From NCBI GenBank assembly GCA_964016885.1, contig OZ024740.1, positions 35,092,001 to 35,156,000 on the forward strand: DNA of 64,000 nt, written 5' to 3'. A program made the translations under genes and the position numbers. This DNA comes from Eledone cirrhosa. Lineage: Eukaryota. The number at the start of each line of letters is the position of its first letter. The first letter of the stretch is position 1. The notes under the pieces were generated by a model, which was given only the letters and a program-made list of their open reading frames with translations, was not told the origin of the DNA and did not search any database. Shown here piece after piece: positions 26,601-38,355 of the stretch.

Positions 26601-29156
26601 AATTCGTGATCTGTGTGCTTGACTTAGATAGGCTTCATAGACGAGGACCCGGCTACTGGAAGCTAAACGCGTCCTTACCAGCGCGCAAGGCCTACAGAGA
26701 CCGGATTAGCGAACTAGTTAAGCGGGCGTTGACGGGGGCCATCGTCAACAACAAGTGGTGGTTTGCTCTGAAAAGAGCAATTAGAATAGAGTCCATTAGG
26801 TTTAGTAAGACTTTAGCAATAGAGAAAAATATAGCAGAGGGAGAATTAGTTAGAAAATTAGATGAGGCGCTTAGCAAAGGCATCGCGACCGACGTACTTG
26901 CGGCGAAATTGGCCCTTGACCAATTCTTCAATGCAAAGCACGAAGGCTGCGTTGTCAGAGCTAGGGTGCGTGCTCTCAGACACGAGGGGACGAAAGCCGT
27001 TCAATGGGCCCGAGTGGCGGAGGCGCGTCAAGGCAACTAAGCCACGATCCGGTCTTTGGTGGACCACGACGGGCGCACGCTACTCGATCCCGGGCAAATG
27101 TGTGAAGCTTTTCAGCGACACTTCGCTCAACTGTTCGGGGGAAGTGGCGGGCCGGATCGAGGGATGGACTTTAGTGTCTACCTCGACGGACTGCCGCGGC
27201 TTTCGGCCACTGAGGCGGAGTGTTGCGAAAAGCCGATAACAACCGCTGAAGTACGGGATGCAATGACTAGTTGCACAAGGGGTAAATCGCCTGGTTTGGA
27301 TGGTCTGCCCTATGAACTTTACGTACAAATGCCAGACTTGTTCGGAGGCCTCTTGGCGGACGTCTACTGCAACTGGCAACAGAACGGGAGAATTCCCAGC
27401 TCTGTGAGCCGAGGAGCGGTGGCGCTGCTGAGAAAGGATCCGAACGAGGGGGATAACATAGATAATTTTAGGCCCATAACTCTGCTAAAAACAGAGTTCA
27501 AGATTTTGGCCAAGGTGCTAGCAAAGAGGTTGGCGCTTGTCGTTGGTGGTCTGGTGGGAGAGGCACAGACATGCGCCATTCCCGACAGATCCATCCACGA
27601 CAACCTCCACCTCATGCGATACATCGTAGAGAGGGTAGCTAGGGAACCTGGCACGGGTGGGTCTTTGATCAATTTAGATCAGTCGAAAGCCTTCGATAGG
27701 GTCGACCATCGTTACCTAGCGGCAGTCCTGAGGGCGGCTGGCTTTGTGCCCGTCTTCAGAGGCTGGATCGCTGCCATGCGGACAAAAACTGGGACGAGGT
27801 GACGTGCAGGGTGGCTTCTCTCACCCAGAAATGGGCCGAGAGGAAGCTATCCCTGAAAGGTCTAGCGGAGGTGGCTAACGCGTACATCGCGTCCGTCATC
27901 TACTACCGCCTGACCGTCGTACCTTGTCCTAAGCCCCGCCTGACTGCGCTGGAGCGTTTGCTCTTTCGCTTCTTGTGGAAGGGACGCGCTCCGATGGTCA
28001 GGCGGTCCATATGCTGTCAACACCCGCTACGTGGAAGGCTGGGCATGCCGTGGCTGATGATGCGCAGACACGCGCTCAGGCTACGACATCTCCACCTCTT
28101 CCTCGACGGTGATCAGGTGTGGTCGCCGTTTGCTAGACACGTTTTTCCCCAGCTCGTCTCCTTGACGGAGCTGCAGTCCTGGGTCAAGCGAAGACCGAGA
28201 GGGAGCGCTTGGAGACTGGAATGTCTTCAGGCGCTCACAGCCCTCGACCAATCGGGCAATGTAATCGGTGGAAACTCCACCTTGGCGTTCTATAGGGGAT
28301 TAGTGGAGGGGAAGAGCGACGACGTACTTGGAGAAACTCTAGGCGTCGATGAAAATCAACTAGCCAATCTCTTCGGAAGGACTTTCGGGCCGGGGCCTAA
28401 TGACAACTTTCAGAAATCCCTGGCCTGGCAGTGCTACCGGTGTGCTTTGCCAGTTCGGGATAAACTTTACAGGCATGGAGGTGCCGTCAGCCGGGCATGT
28501 CCCAGATGCGCACAGGGCGACGAAACCGTCCTGCACGCACTCGTCCAGTGTCCGAGCATTGCTGACTTGTGGGTTTATGTCGAACACCTGCTGTCACGTG
28601 TAGGACGGATCCAGCTATCAGCTGAGTCCATCGTGAGGATTGCCCCGCCCTCTTCCTTTAGCCGGGAAGGGCGGGCAGTTTTTATCTGTCTTGTGGCCAT
28701 GGCGAAAGAGATAGTATGGTGGACACGTTTGAAAGGGCTGAAGACGAGCACTTACCTCTTCGGTGATGCCCTGATTAACTTATTCAAATTTCATCTGAAA
28801 AGGAAAATCAGAGTAGAGAGGGAAGTGCTCTCTTCCCAGCATTTTGTTGAAAGATGGGTGAGAGAAGCAAGTATGGCCCGAATGAATGGGCCTTCTCTGA
28901 GTATGTGTCTGTAAATTAAAGGTGGAAAACTGGGAGAGGGCACTTGCCCTGGTGGTCAGGGCCACTGTGGTCTTTTAATGGGCTTTCTCCACAAATGTCC
29001 CTTGGAAGTCTCCCCCCTATTGGGGAATTTTTCTTTGTTATTTTATTTCAACCTCTGTTTTTTTACACGCAGAAATGCCCATTTGTACCGTCCTGTATTG
29101 TCCTGTACTGTCCTTAATGTCTACTTTATGTGAACCCTTGTGGTTAATAAAGAAAC

Positions 29157-29157
<1 letters not shown>
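23671..29157 (+). mobile_element. Tx1/L1-clade LINE with both ends, inserted in (ATT)n; ORF2 internally deleted
   Basis: ORF1 (about 24180-25392) with knuckle CVVCGEGTH. ORF2 from 25918: SINARG, VYAP, GDWN, TDH (APE); KSPGLDG, FRPITLL, DQSKAFD (RT); CPRC..ETVLHALVQC. (ATT)10 on the left and (ATT)16 on the right. Confidence 0.95.
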
Positions 29158-29206
<49 letters not shown>

Positions 29207-29207
<1 letters not shown>

Positions 29208-30338
29208 AGCTGCATTTATCTTGCTTTATGTTCATACGAGTTATCACCAAGTCACAACCAGTGACCTGAAGAGACAACAAGGTCCGCCATGTTCAAGAAA
29301 GAACATACATACTCACACATGCATCTTTAATGTTTAGACTTGTGATGTACTTATATTGACAGAATCTTCCTTAGTATATGGACAGTTCCCATTAGTACTA
29401 TCTTTTGTATTTCTCCTATACGCGGGTTTCCTGGGATTTGCGATAAGTAATCATTAGACCCCTTAGGTATCATTCCTAGAGCGTCTACAACCACTGGTAT
29501 TGTTTTAGTTCTCAATTTCCACATTTTTCCAATTTCTATCTCCAGGTCCTTATACTTGCTCAATTTTTCAAATGTTTTTATAGATACATTCTTGTCTATT
29601 GGAACGGACATATCAATTAGCAGGCATACCCTCTTTTTAAAGTCCTTCAGTATTATATCAGGTCTATTTGCATCTATTTTTCGGTCTGTTTGGATGCTAA
29701 AGTTCCACAAGATTGAGATGTGATCTTTTTCAAGTATGGGAGGTGGTTGATGCTCCCACCAATTCTTTTGATGGGGCAGGTCAAAATGCTTACACATTAT
29801 CCAATGTATGTATTGTGCAGCTCTGTCATGCCTGTTTAGGTATTCGGTTGGAGCTATAGGACTGCACATTGAAATTATATGGTCAATGGTCTCTGGTTGT
29901 TTTTTACATACACGGCATAATGGGCTGCATCCATTTTTTATTATGTTGGCTTGGTAATTCTTTGTTGGCAGACACTGATCTTGTGCTGATATAATCAGTC
30001 CTTCAGTCTCCGATTTCAGTCCAGAGGATGCCAACCACTGATGGGTTAAAGTTTTGTCAACATCAGGATTGTTAGCTCGTTCTGGGTATTTTCCATACAG
30101 AGACTTTTCTTGCCATTTCTTAGCCAGTTTCTGTAGCAGTTCTTTCTTTGCAGTTACTTTATACCTGCTTTGCTTTTTCTGTGTTTTCCATTTCAGCAGT
30201 AAATGGGACTTCTGAAATGTGTAGTCCATTACTGTATCTTTGTGCATCTTTTGTAATGGAGTATGATCTTTTGATGCTTTCGTGTTTCAAAACGAGTTTG
30301 ATCATCCAATCATGTGATTCCCTTAGATATGTAGATAA
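29207..30338 (-). mobile_element. 5'-truncated R4/Dong-clade LINE (restriction-like endonuclease) ending in (TAA)n
   Basis: ETEGLIISAQDQ, CRVC..ETIDHIISMC, RHD, NRPDI..IDMSVP, KLSKY. Confidence 0.93.
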
Positions 30339-30460
30339 TCTTCTTCTTCTTCTTCTTCTTCTTCTTCTTCTTCTTCTTCTTCTTCTTCTTCTTCTTCTTC
30401 TTCTTCTTCTTCTTCTTCTTCTTCTTCTTCTTCTTCTTCTTCTTCTTCTTCTTCTTCTTC
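30339..30460. repeat. (CTT)n microsatellite, about 40 units
   Basis: Direct reading. Confidence 0.97.
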
Positions 30461-30809
30461 AAACATTCCTTCCTGTCATCGGTAACATGAAACTAGGAAT
30501 AAATATTTGAGTCATGATTTGTATCATTGTCAAGCAATCTAATTCTTTTACTGAAGTTTTTCCTTAAACAGACACACACACACACACACACACATACATA
30601 CATATATACACACACACACACACACACATACTTACACACATACACACACATACATACGTACATACATACATACATATTGAAGTGGGATAAACAAAATTGG
30701 TGCAGCGACCAAAAATATCTTCAGATATATCGTTCTGAATGAATTATACTCATTTACTGCAGGCACTCTTGCTTTTTGTCTATTATGAAATAGATGAAAT
30801 ATGTAAAAA

Positions 30810-31090
30810 GGTCAAAACTCCCTATGGTTACGAATGACCATGGGATTTGGACCAAAAAAGTTTCCCTTCGAAGGCAAAGTGTTTTTGTGGAAGACCAGCA
30901 GTCGCTCATGCATACCAGTCTCCTCTCCACGCCACCGATGTTGTCTAAGGGAAAGGCAAAGGCGGATACAACTTGGCACCAATGAGGCCACCACTCATTT
31001 CTACAGCTGAGTCAATTGAAACACCGTGAAATAAAGTGTCCTATTCAATAACACAACACATCGCTTTGTCCGGGAATCGAACTTAAAACA
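30810..31090 (-). mobile_element. Second SINE family (CORE/Meta-like), decayed
   Basis: Similar to 35300-35625; minus-strand B-box-like GTTCGATTCCC. Confidence 0.65.
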
Positions 31091-31693
31091 AAAAATCCGA
31101 CGCTTTTCCGAATCCCATATATTCAAATATAATATATTTAGAATCATATTTTGACATTTATAATTCAATTTAAAGATGGCAAGCTGTGATATCAGTGAGA
31201 CTTGGTGCATTTTATGCAGATCAAACAGTTAAGTAGAGACTCTTGCGTTGCTTCGTAACTTTGATGGTAACAGCATGTGGAACTGAACACGTCCAGAAGT
31301 GCCGACAAATTTGTAAAAAAAGGACTGATCAGCCACTCCTAGATACACCATCTTGCGAGCCATGAAGTAGTGTTATATTCAACATCCAGATTGGTCAACC
31401 ACACCAAGACAGACCATCATGGGAGCTATGAATGATGTTATGGTCAGTATCCATAGAGATGAACGAGGAGTAACATATAAACGAAGATTAGTAGAAACAC
31501 GGAGAAAGTTTTCTAGATATTCTCGTTCTGGGTAATTTTCTATTATATTCTTAAATGAAGAAGACATAGAGAGAATTAGAAAACGTGTGGCAGGTATTTG
31601 TAAGTAAAGTTTCAGAATTTAGATAGAATCAAACAAGATTTGAATAACTCTAGATATACATTACATTCTAATTTCTTTTTCTTCTTTAATCAG

Positions 31694-31897
31694 GCAACTG
31701 GAACAAAATTGGGACTGCTTTTACAGAGCATTGCAAATATTGGAACTGGAATAATTATTGCCTTTATATACGGATGGCGTTTAGCGTTATTTATTATTGG
31801 TTTCTTACCATTTATGGCTCTAGCAGCTGTACTTGAAACTAAACTGTTGACAAATACAATGAGTCAAGGTACTTCAGCACTGGAAGAGGCAACACAG
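31694..31897 (+). CDS. ABCB1: ABCB1-like exon, 204 nt (TM9-10): ATGTKLGLLLQSIANIGTGIIIAFIYGWRLAL..ALEEATQ
   Basis: cag/gtaagt boundaries; IANIGTGIII.FIYGW motif. Confidence 0.96.
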
Positions 31898-32385
31898 GTA
31901 AGTCGTATTTTCGATTCATTAATGTAGAAAATAAATAACAGTTTTAAAAATGCAACATTTCGACTACTATGACGACGACGGTGACGGAGGAAGGGAACAG
32001 GTCTCTTGGTATAGCACAACGTTTGAAACATCGAAATAATAATAATATGGTAGATAAAGAAACAGAAAAAGTTACAACAAACACAGTCTTACAAGTGTTT
32101 CGCAATCAATAAACTAAATAGTGTACGACACGCACAAATGAAAGAAAATTCCAGAAGGCATATTATAGATTTATTATAAGAAAAAAAGACAAACACATAT
32201 ATATAAACGGGAATCGTTACTGCCGGTTTCTTTGTAATAGTTAGAAAGATCAGACAAAATAAAATCGAAAAAATGACTGCCATTAAAATACACCCTACAA
32301 AATCTGACATAGGGGAGGATAATGTTTACCCCGAATACAGGCCAAGGGGCAGATCCAACTAGAAAAGTATTATTAGGTAAGACTA

Positions 32386-32601
32386 GGGCGGTGGATTGGC
32401 AGTATCGGTAGAGGGTCGGACGCCATGCTTTGCAACATAGATTTACGGCTCTTTATGATCTGAGTTAAAATCCCGCCGAGGTTAACTTTGCCTTTCATTC
32501 TTACGGGGTTGATAAAATAAAGTACCAGTCACGCATTGGAGTCGATTTAATCAACTGTCCCCTCCCCCAAAATTTCTGGCCTTGTGCTTATATAAGAAAC
32601 C
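32386..32601 (+). mobile_element. Main SINE with 17-bp TSD
   Basis: TSD ATTATTAGGTAAGACTA at 32369-32385 and 32602-32618. Confidence 0.92.
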
Positions 32602-32858
32602 ATTATTAGGTAAGACTACAAAAATATACAGTAAAAACTAATGGAAAAAAATGACAACAAAACACGAATGAACAAAAATCATTCTGTTTTCAAGGAAGCC
32701 AACAAATACAAGACAGAAACTGAAATTACAGATAGTTGTGATGGGAAAAGAAAATACAACAGAAATTGTGAAAAAGATAAAACCTAAATTAAAAATAGGA
32801 TTTCAGAATGTTTCATTAGTAATGTTTAATATTATTATTTCTTAATTAATTATTGCAG

Positions 32859-32959
32859 TTATCGATGGAAACATTCCAGAATATCAAGACTGTACTATCA
32901 TTGTCAATTGAAAAGAAGATATATGATAAATTCCTTAGTAAAGTTACTCTCCCATTCAA
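32859..32959 (+). CDS. ABCB1: ABCB1-like exon, 101 nt: LSMETFQNIKTVLSLSIEKKIYDKFLSKVTLPF(K)
   Basis: gcag/gtaag boundaries; E...NI.TV.SL..E; ends in phase 2. Confidence 0.92.
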
Positions 32960-33163
32960 GTAAGAACATAATGTTACATAATGTTATTTCCGTATATCTA
33001 TAAACCTAAAGGAACATCTTATCCTTGAATATAACATATCTTGTGTTTAGCATATTACATGCTATAATATAGAACAGTCGTATTATCGTCATTTCTTCAG
33101 CTAGAGTAACACAATTGGAGCTGAAAATCTTCGAATAGAATCTCTTCATTTAATGACATTTTA

Positions 33164-33380
33164 AGTGCGGTGGTATGGCAGTATCGGTAGAGCATGGGTC
33201 AATATTCTGTGCGGCAGAGAGTTACGGCACCCTATGTTCTGAGTTCAAATCTTGTCGAGGTTAGATTTGCCTTTCCTCTTTACAAGGTCGATGAAATAAA
33301 GTACCAGTAACGCACTGAGGTCGATTTAATCGACTTTCACCTTCCCTTCAAATCGCTGGCCTTGTGCCTAAAGTAGAAAC
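33164..33380 (+). mobile_element. Main SINE with imperfect TSD ATTTAATGWCATTTYAA
   Basis: Matches the other copies. Confidence 0.85.
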
Positions 33381-33620
33381 ATTTAATGTCATTTCAACTA
33401 GACATCTACTACAAAGTTGTGCGTATGCCAATTGCCTTTCAGTATTTTAAGATATTTTTCACTGTTATATATATATGCGTTATGTCCTTGAGCAAGACAC
33501 TTTATTTCACGTTACTCCTTCTACCTCGAGTTGCGACCGATAGATAGTACTAGCAACTGGAAAGACCGACGAAAACATTGTTTCCTCGGTTCGATTTGAC
33601 GAAAGTCAATCGATCCTAGA

Positions 33621-33673
<53 letters not shown>

Positions 33674-33846
33674 ACTAACTTTTTCATAGTCTCCATCTAT
33701 AACATAGTATCACAATAGATTCCATGAGAAACTCTCTTCCTTAAAGATAAATTCTTTTTATAGAATATTAACATCCTATTATATATATACCTCCGCCCAA
33801 CAGGTTGTGATGTTATAGCTACTTAATACTGCAATTGTATTCACAG

Positions 33847-33987
33847 GAATAATGTAAAAGGAGCTTTTAAAGTTGGGATAGCTTTTGCCATAACCCAATC
33901 ACTCGTGTTTCTGTGTTATGCCGGTGCCTTCTATGTTGGAGCTGTATTGATAACTAAATGTTATATGGACTTTGTGGATTTGATGAA
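33847..33987 (+). CDS. ABCB1: ABCB1-like exon, 141 nt (TM11): NNVKGAFKVGIAFAITQSLVFLCYAGAFYVGAVLITKCYMDFVDLM(K)
   Basis: acag/gtaagt boundaries; phase 2 in and out. Confidence 0.94.
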
Positions 33988-34048
33988 GTAAGTAAGAAAC
34001 TTTCATTATGGATATTCCTCATTAACGGTAATTACAAGACTGATATGT

Positions 34049-34080
<32 letters not shown>

Positions 34081-34195
34081 CATACATACATACATACATA
34101 CATACATACATACATACATACATACATGATGGCTGCCCCCACGTTATCGAGTATGGCCATTGCACGAGCAAAAAAACAACATAATAATAATAATA

Positions 34196-34460
34196 ATAAT
34201 TATTATTTCTACTTTAGGCACAAGGCCAGCAATTACCCAGTGCATTACTGGTACTTTATTTTATCGACCCCGTAAGGATGAAAGGCAAAGTCAACCTCGG
34301 CGGGATTTGAACTCAGATCGTAAAGGGACGTGAGTTCAAATCCCGCCGAGGTTGACTTTGTCTTTCATCCTTACGGGGTCGATAAAATAAAGTACCAGTA
34401 ATGCACTGGGTAATTGCTGGCCTTGTGCCAAAAGTAGAAACAATTATTATTATTATTATT
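34196..34460. mobile_element. Head-to-head pair of truncated main SINEs forming a hairpin
   Basis: Minus copy about 34203-34330 and plus copy 34331-34442, each ending in ATT repeats. Confidence 0.88.
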
Positions 34461-34699
34461 ATTATGTTTTTTTTTAATAACAACAATAATAATAACGACA
34501 ACCACAACAATAATAATATACATATATATATACACACACACGCACACACACAAACATATCTATACACATACACACACGATAGCAATTAACAGCGCTACGA
34601 TCGAATGTCGCCCAGCCAATGATCTAAAATGTCTTGCACAGAGTCGGCAACCAAAACATTGACTGGGAATAGCCGGCTGTGGCTATGCATACGTACATA

Positions 34700-35015
34700 C
34701 ATACATGTTGGCTGCAAACTCTGCTAAGAGTAATGCAATCGCTTGTCAGATTACAGAAAATGGTGCACTTTTAGGCCACGGCCAGCCACACGAACCTGTA
34801 ACAGATCCTGAACAAGCAATGCCTGTGCTTTGAAGGTCTTTAAGTGAGGAAAGGCCTGCACTCGATCAATGCCACTCTCTGAGCATCGAAAACACTACCC
34901 GAAAAGGAGAACTGGTCAACATCATCGGATGCTTCGGAAGCCGCATATTTTCTTTCAGAGTTTCCCTCTCTTAGAAAGGTGTTGTGACAACAACTGGGGG
35001 CCTTTCACTCCCAGG
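34700..35015 (-). mobile_element. Diverged relative of the RTE-derived (ATGT)n element
   Basis: GCAATGCCTGTGC..GCCACTCTCT..GTCAACATCATCGGAT..CAGAGTTTCCCTCTC, similar to 9780-9945. Confidence 0.6.
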
Positions 35016-35049
35016 TAGAAAAAAAATACATACATACATACAGACAGAC

Positions 35050-35270
35050 CAGATATAATGATATGAGGCAGGGAAAAGAAGGCATGCACAGTAGTGGAAG
35101 TTAGCTGCCCAGCAGATGCCAATATAATATTAAAGATTAGCGAAAAAGAGAATATCTATGCAGAACTAATGAGAATTCTGCAGATACTCCTCCCTGACTA
35201 TACCGTCAGATTTATACCTGTGATTATTGGGGCAATTGGATATGTTAGTAACTGCCTCAGTACAAATAGA
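35050..35270 (+). mobile_element. R4/Dong endonuclease C-terminal fragment
   Basis: VVEVSCPAD.NI..K..EK...Y..L..FIPVIIGAIG. Confidence 0.7.
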
Positions 35271-35299
35271 TTTATATATGATGGTATGGTAAAAGGATA

Positions 35300-35625
35300 A
35301 ATACCCCCTACGGTCACGGGTTACCATGGGTTTTGCACCTAGAATATTCTCCTCTAAGGTACAAGTCCGGGCAAAGTTGTTTGTGGAAGACCAACAGTCA
35401 CCTATCTATACCAGTCTTCCCTCTCCACAATACTGATGTTATCAAAGGGAAAGACTGGTACAGCTTGGCACCAGTGACGTCGCAACTCATTTCTACAGCT
35501 GAATAAATCAGAGCAACGTGAAAATAATGTCTTGCTCAAGGACACAACGCATCACGGGGTCTGAGAATCAAACTCACAACTTCACGATTGCAAGCTCTAA
35601 CTACTAAGCCATACGTCTTCACTTA
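35300..35625 (-). mobile_element. Second SINE family with tRNA-like head
   Basis: Minus strand TGGCTTAGTAGTTAGAG..GAGTTTGATTCTC..GTGTCCTTGAGCAAGACA; a partial plus copy lies near 33480-33620. Confidence 0.75.
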
Positions 35626-35709
35626 GTTTGGTGCAATAGGTTAAGTATAATGTTTTCTCAATCATTATTGTTATCGGCAACAAAACTCTTTGTGTTCATA
35701 ATTTTGCAG

Positions 35710-35866
35710 AGTATTCTCAACCATTGTGTTTGGGGCTTTTGCTCTTGGACAGGTCGGTGCAATGGCACCTGATTTCGCAAAAGTAAAAATTTCTTCGGCT
35801 AGAATAATGGATCTACTTGATCGAGTCCCTACAATTGACAGTTATTCAGATAAAGGAGAGACACGA
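35710..35866 (+). CDS. ABCB1: ABCB1-like exon, 157 nt (TM12): VFSTIVFGAFALGQVGAMAPDFAKVKISSARIMDLLDRVPTIDSYSDKGETR
   Basis: gcag/gtgagt boundaries; VFGA..GQ..APD.AK and IDSYS motifs. Confidence 0.96.
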
Positions 35867-36085
35867 GTGAGTATTACTTTAGACTAATTTGTTTTCTGCT
35901 CCATATTTTGAAAATACTTGGGAAAATACGGCTCATTAATGCATTTATGTAACCTACTATGTGAGATCGAGAAATCAAATTCTAATTTTGTTTTTAATTT
36001 TCGGCAAAGCCAGCCGTATAATTGCTCGGTATGCAAATGAGGCTATTCAGTCGATGTATACTTTAGAAAATATTATATATTTCCA

Positions 36086-36270
36086 GGGCGGAGGATTGGC
36101 AGTATCAGTAGAAGGTCGGACACCATGCTTTCCAGCATAGTTACGTCCCTTTACGGTCTGAGTTCAAATCTCGCCAAGGTTAACTTTGCCTTTCATCCTT
36201 ACGGGATAGATAAAATAAAGTACCAGTTATGCACTGGGTAATTGCTGGCCTTGTGCCAAAAGTAGAAACA
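36086..36270 (+). mobile_element. Main SINE with 14-bp TSD
   Basis: TSD ATTATATATTTCCA at 36072-36085 and 36271-36284. Confidence 0.92.
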
Positions 36271-36442
36271 ATTATATATTTCCAACAGTTCAAGTTGACA
36301 CAGAAGACACAGAAAGACACAGAAAAATGTTAGTTGTTTCTCTATGCCATTTCTACAACGAACGGGTGATGGTGGTCATCTAAAAAACTTAGCGTAATGA
36401 AGATGTTTGCTTGCAAACGAATCGAATAATATTATTTGGTAG

Positions 36443-36790
36443 GTGGATTGGCAGTATCGGTAGAGGCTCGGACGCCGTATTTTGACGCATAGAGTTACGG
36501 CCCTTGCCATTCTGAGTTCAAATCCCGCCGAGGTTAACTTTGCCTTTCATCCTTACGGGGTCGATAAAATAAAGTACCAGTAATACACTGGGTAATTGCT
36601 GGCCTTGTGCCAAAAGTAGAAACAATTATTTGGTAGAGGGTCTGACGCCATCCTTTGAAGCAAAGAGTTACGGCCCTTTATGGTTTGAGTTCAAATCTTG
36701 CCGAGGTTAACTTTGTCTTTCATCCTTACGCGGTCGATAAAATAAAGTACCACTCGGATAATTGCTGGCCTTGTGCCAAAAGTAGAAACA
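36443..36790 (+). mobile_element. Two tandem main SINEs
   Basis: First copy 36443-36624 with TSD ATTATTTGGTAG; second copy about 36632-36790. Confidence 0.88.
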
Positions 36791-36809
36791 ATTATTATTC
36801 GATATAAAC

Positions 36810-36843
<34 letters not shown>

Positions 36844-37333
36844 AAGTTTGAGGAATTAGATGATCTAATGGCAGAGGCAGGGAAGCCAACGCAATTTATC
36901 GATGCAGCTTTCTACAAATTACTCTATGCAAGTTGAATCATGTTGGCGAGAAACATGCTACGGAGCTCATTATATTGAATCGTTGGTAGGAAAGCTTCAC
37001 GCATATAGAACAGACAGCTGGATATTATAAGGATTTCCGCAGTTAAATGAAATATATGTGTGTGTGTCTGTGAAGTATGCTATAACAAAGTTTCACTTTT
37101 AAATGATTTATATTTTCTATAGACAGCTACATATGTTTCACAAATGATTACTTCGACATCTTAAACGATGTGATAGCCATCGATCTACTTCTCAGACTTG
37201 TCGTCTCAATCAAAACAATTTTAAAGTGAATCTTCATTATATCATACTTCCTATACACACTCTGCTATAGCATTGAGTGCTCACATTGGTGTCGACTCCA
37301 GTAATCAACAAAATTACTACCTATATATATTTC

Positions 37334-37374
<41 letters not shown>

Positions 37375-37410
37375 TACACAATAATCAAAGCTATGTTCAA
37401 ATCATTTTAT

Positions 37411-37457
37411 TGCTGACAATCGTTTCTTCCAAACTTTCGTTTGGAATCATCGGAGCA
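37411..37457 (-). ncRNA. Hammerhead motif with U4C core change at the PLE 3' end
   Basis: TGCT-CCGATGA-TTCCAAAC-GAAA-GTTTGGAA-GAAA-CGATTG-TC-AGCA. Confidence 0.7.
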
Positions 37458-38355
37458 CTAGCAAAGTTTGGACATATAATTAACTTCCTATACGACTGAA
37501 CAATCATATAGATACATGGATATTAATGTTGTCATCAACAGTTTCGTATTTACTGAGTGGAATGGATGTGACAGAGATTACAACAGAATTGTACAATAAT
37601 TAAAGAGGCACAGAGTGGAATGCATGCGACAGAGATTACAAGGGAATAGTATAATAATTAAAGAGGCATTAATATAGAAGGTTACTCGTAAAACGAGGAC
37701 ACAAGTAGTACATGTGCAAGCGTATAGAGAGTGCAAATGCGTTAGGCATATACAGGAAGGAAACAAGCAATGGTACTAGGCATATATAATTACTGTATGG
37801 CAAAGGTATCACATAAAATAACACAGGTTTAGAAGCATATCAAGCAGGCAAAGATGTTTGTGTATTAAAATTATGAGTTTATGGTGGATGTAGTGTGGTA
37901 ATTGTTTCTGTAATGTTCAAATGTGTATGTGTTGAGAGTATCAATGTTATTGTTTTCTTTTCCATTACATTGGTTATATTTTATTTTAGTGAATGTTTTT
38001 AATTAGTTACAGCTATGGATTGTATATTGTTCCTATTATATTGTTATCCAGGGTTCGAGTTGTTCTGGGGTGATTCTTCTAATGGTTTAATTTCCGGAAT
38101 TGAGTTTGAGATCTATATTAGGGGGAGCTAATGTGAAAGGGGAGGTAATTAGCGATTAATTTGTATATGATAGAAAAAATAGAAAAAATGTATAGTTATT
38201 TACAGCTCCGATTAGTTAAATTCCTTGTGCTAATATACATTATATTGTGTTACAAGTGAATCCCTTTTATCTAATGTTATTTATTTATATTTAAATTTAA
38301 ATACAATCTATTTTCCTATAATACATTAAAGGTCTCATTATATTGTTATCTATCC

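Noticed and set aside
29260-29290. CTGAAGA-GAC..GTC hammerhead candidate
   Set aside because: No GAAA or stem III follows; it is the antisense of the Dong 3' UTR.
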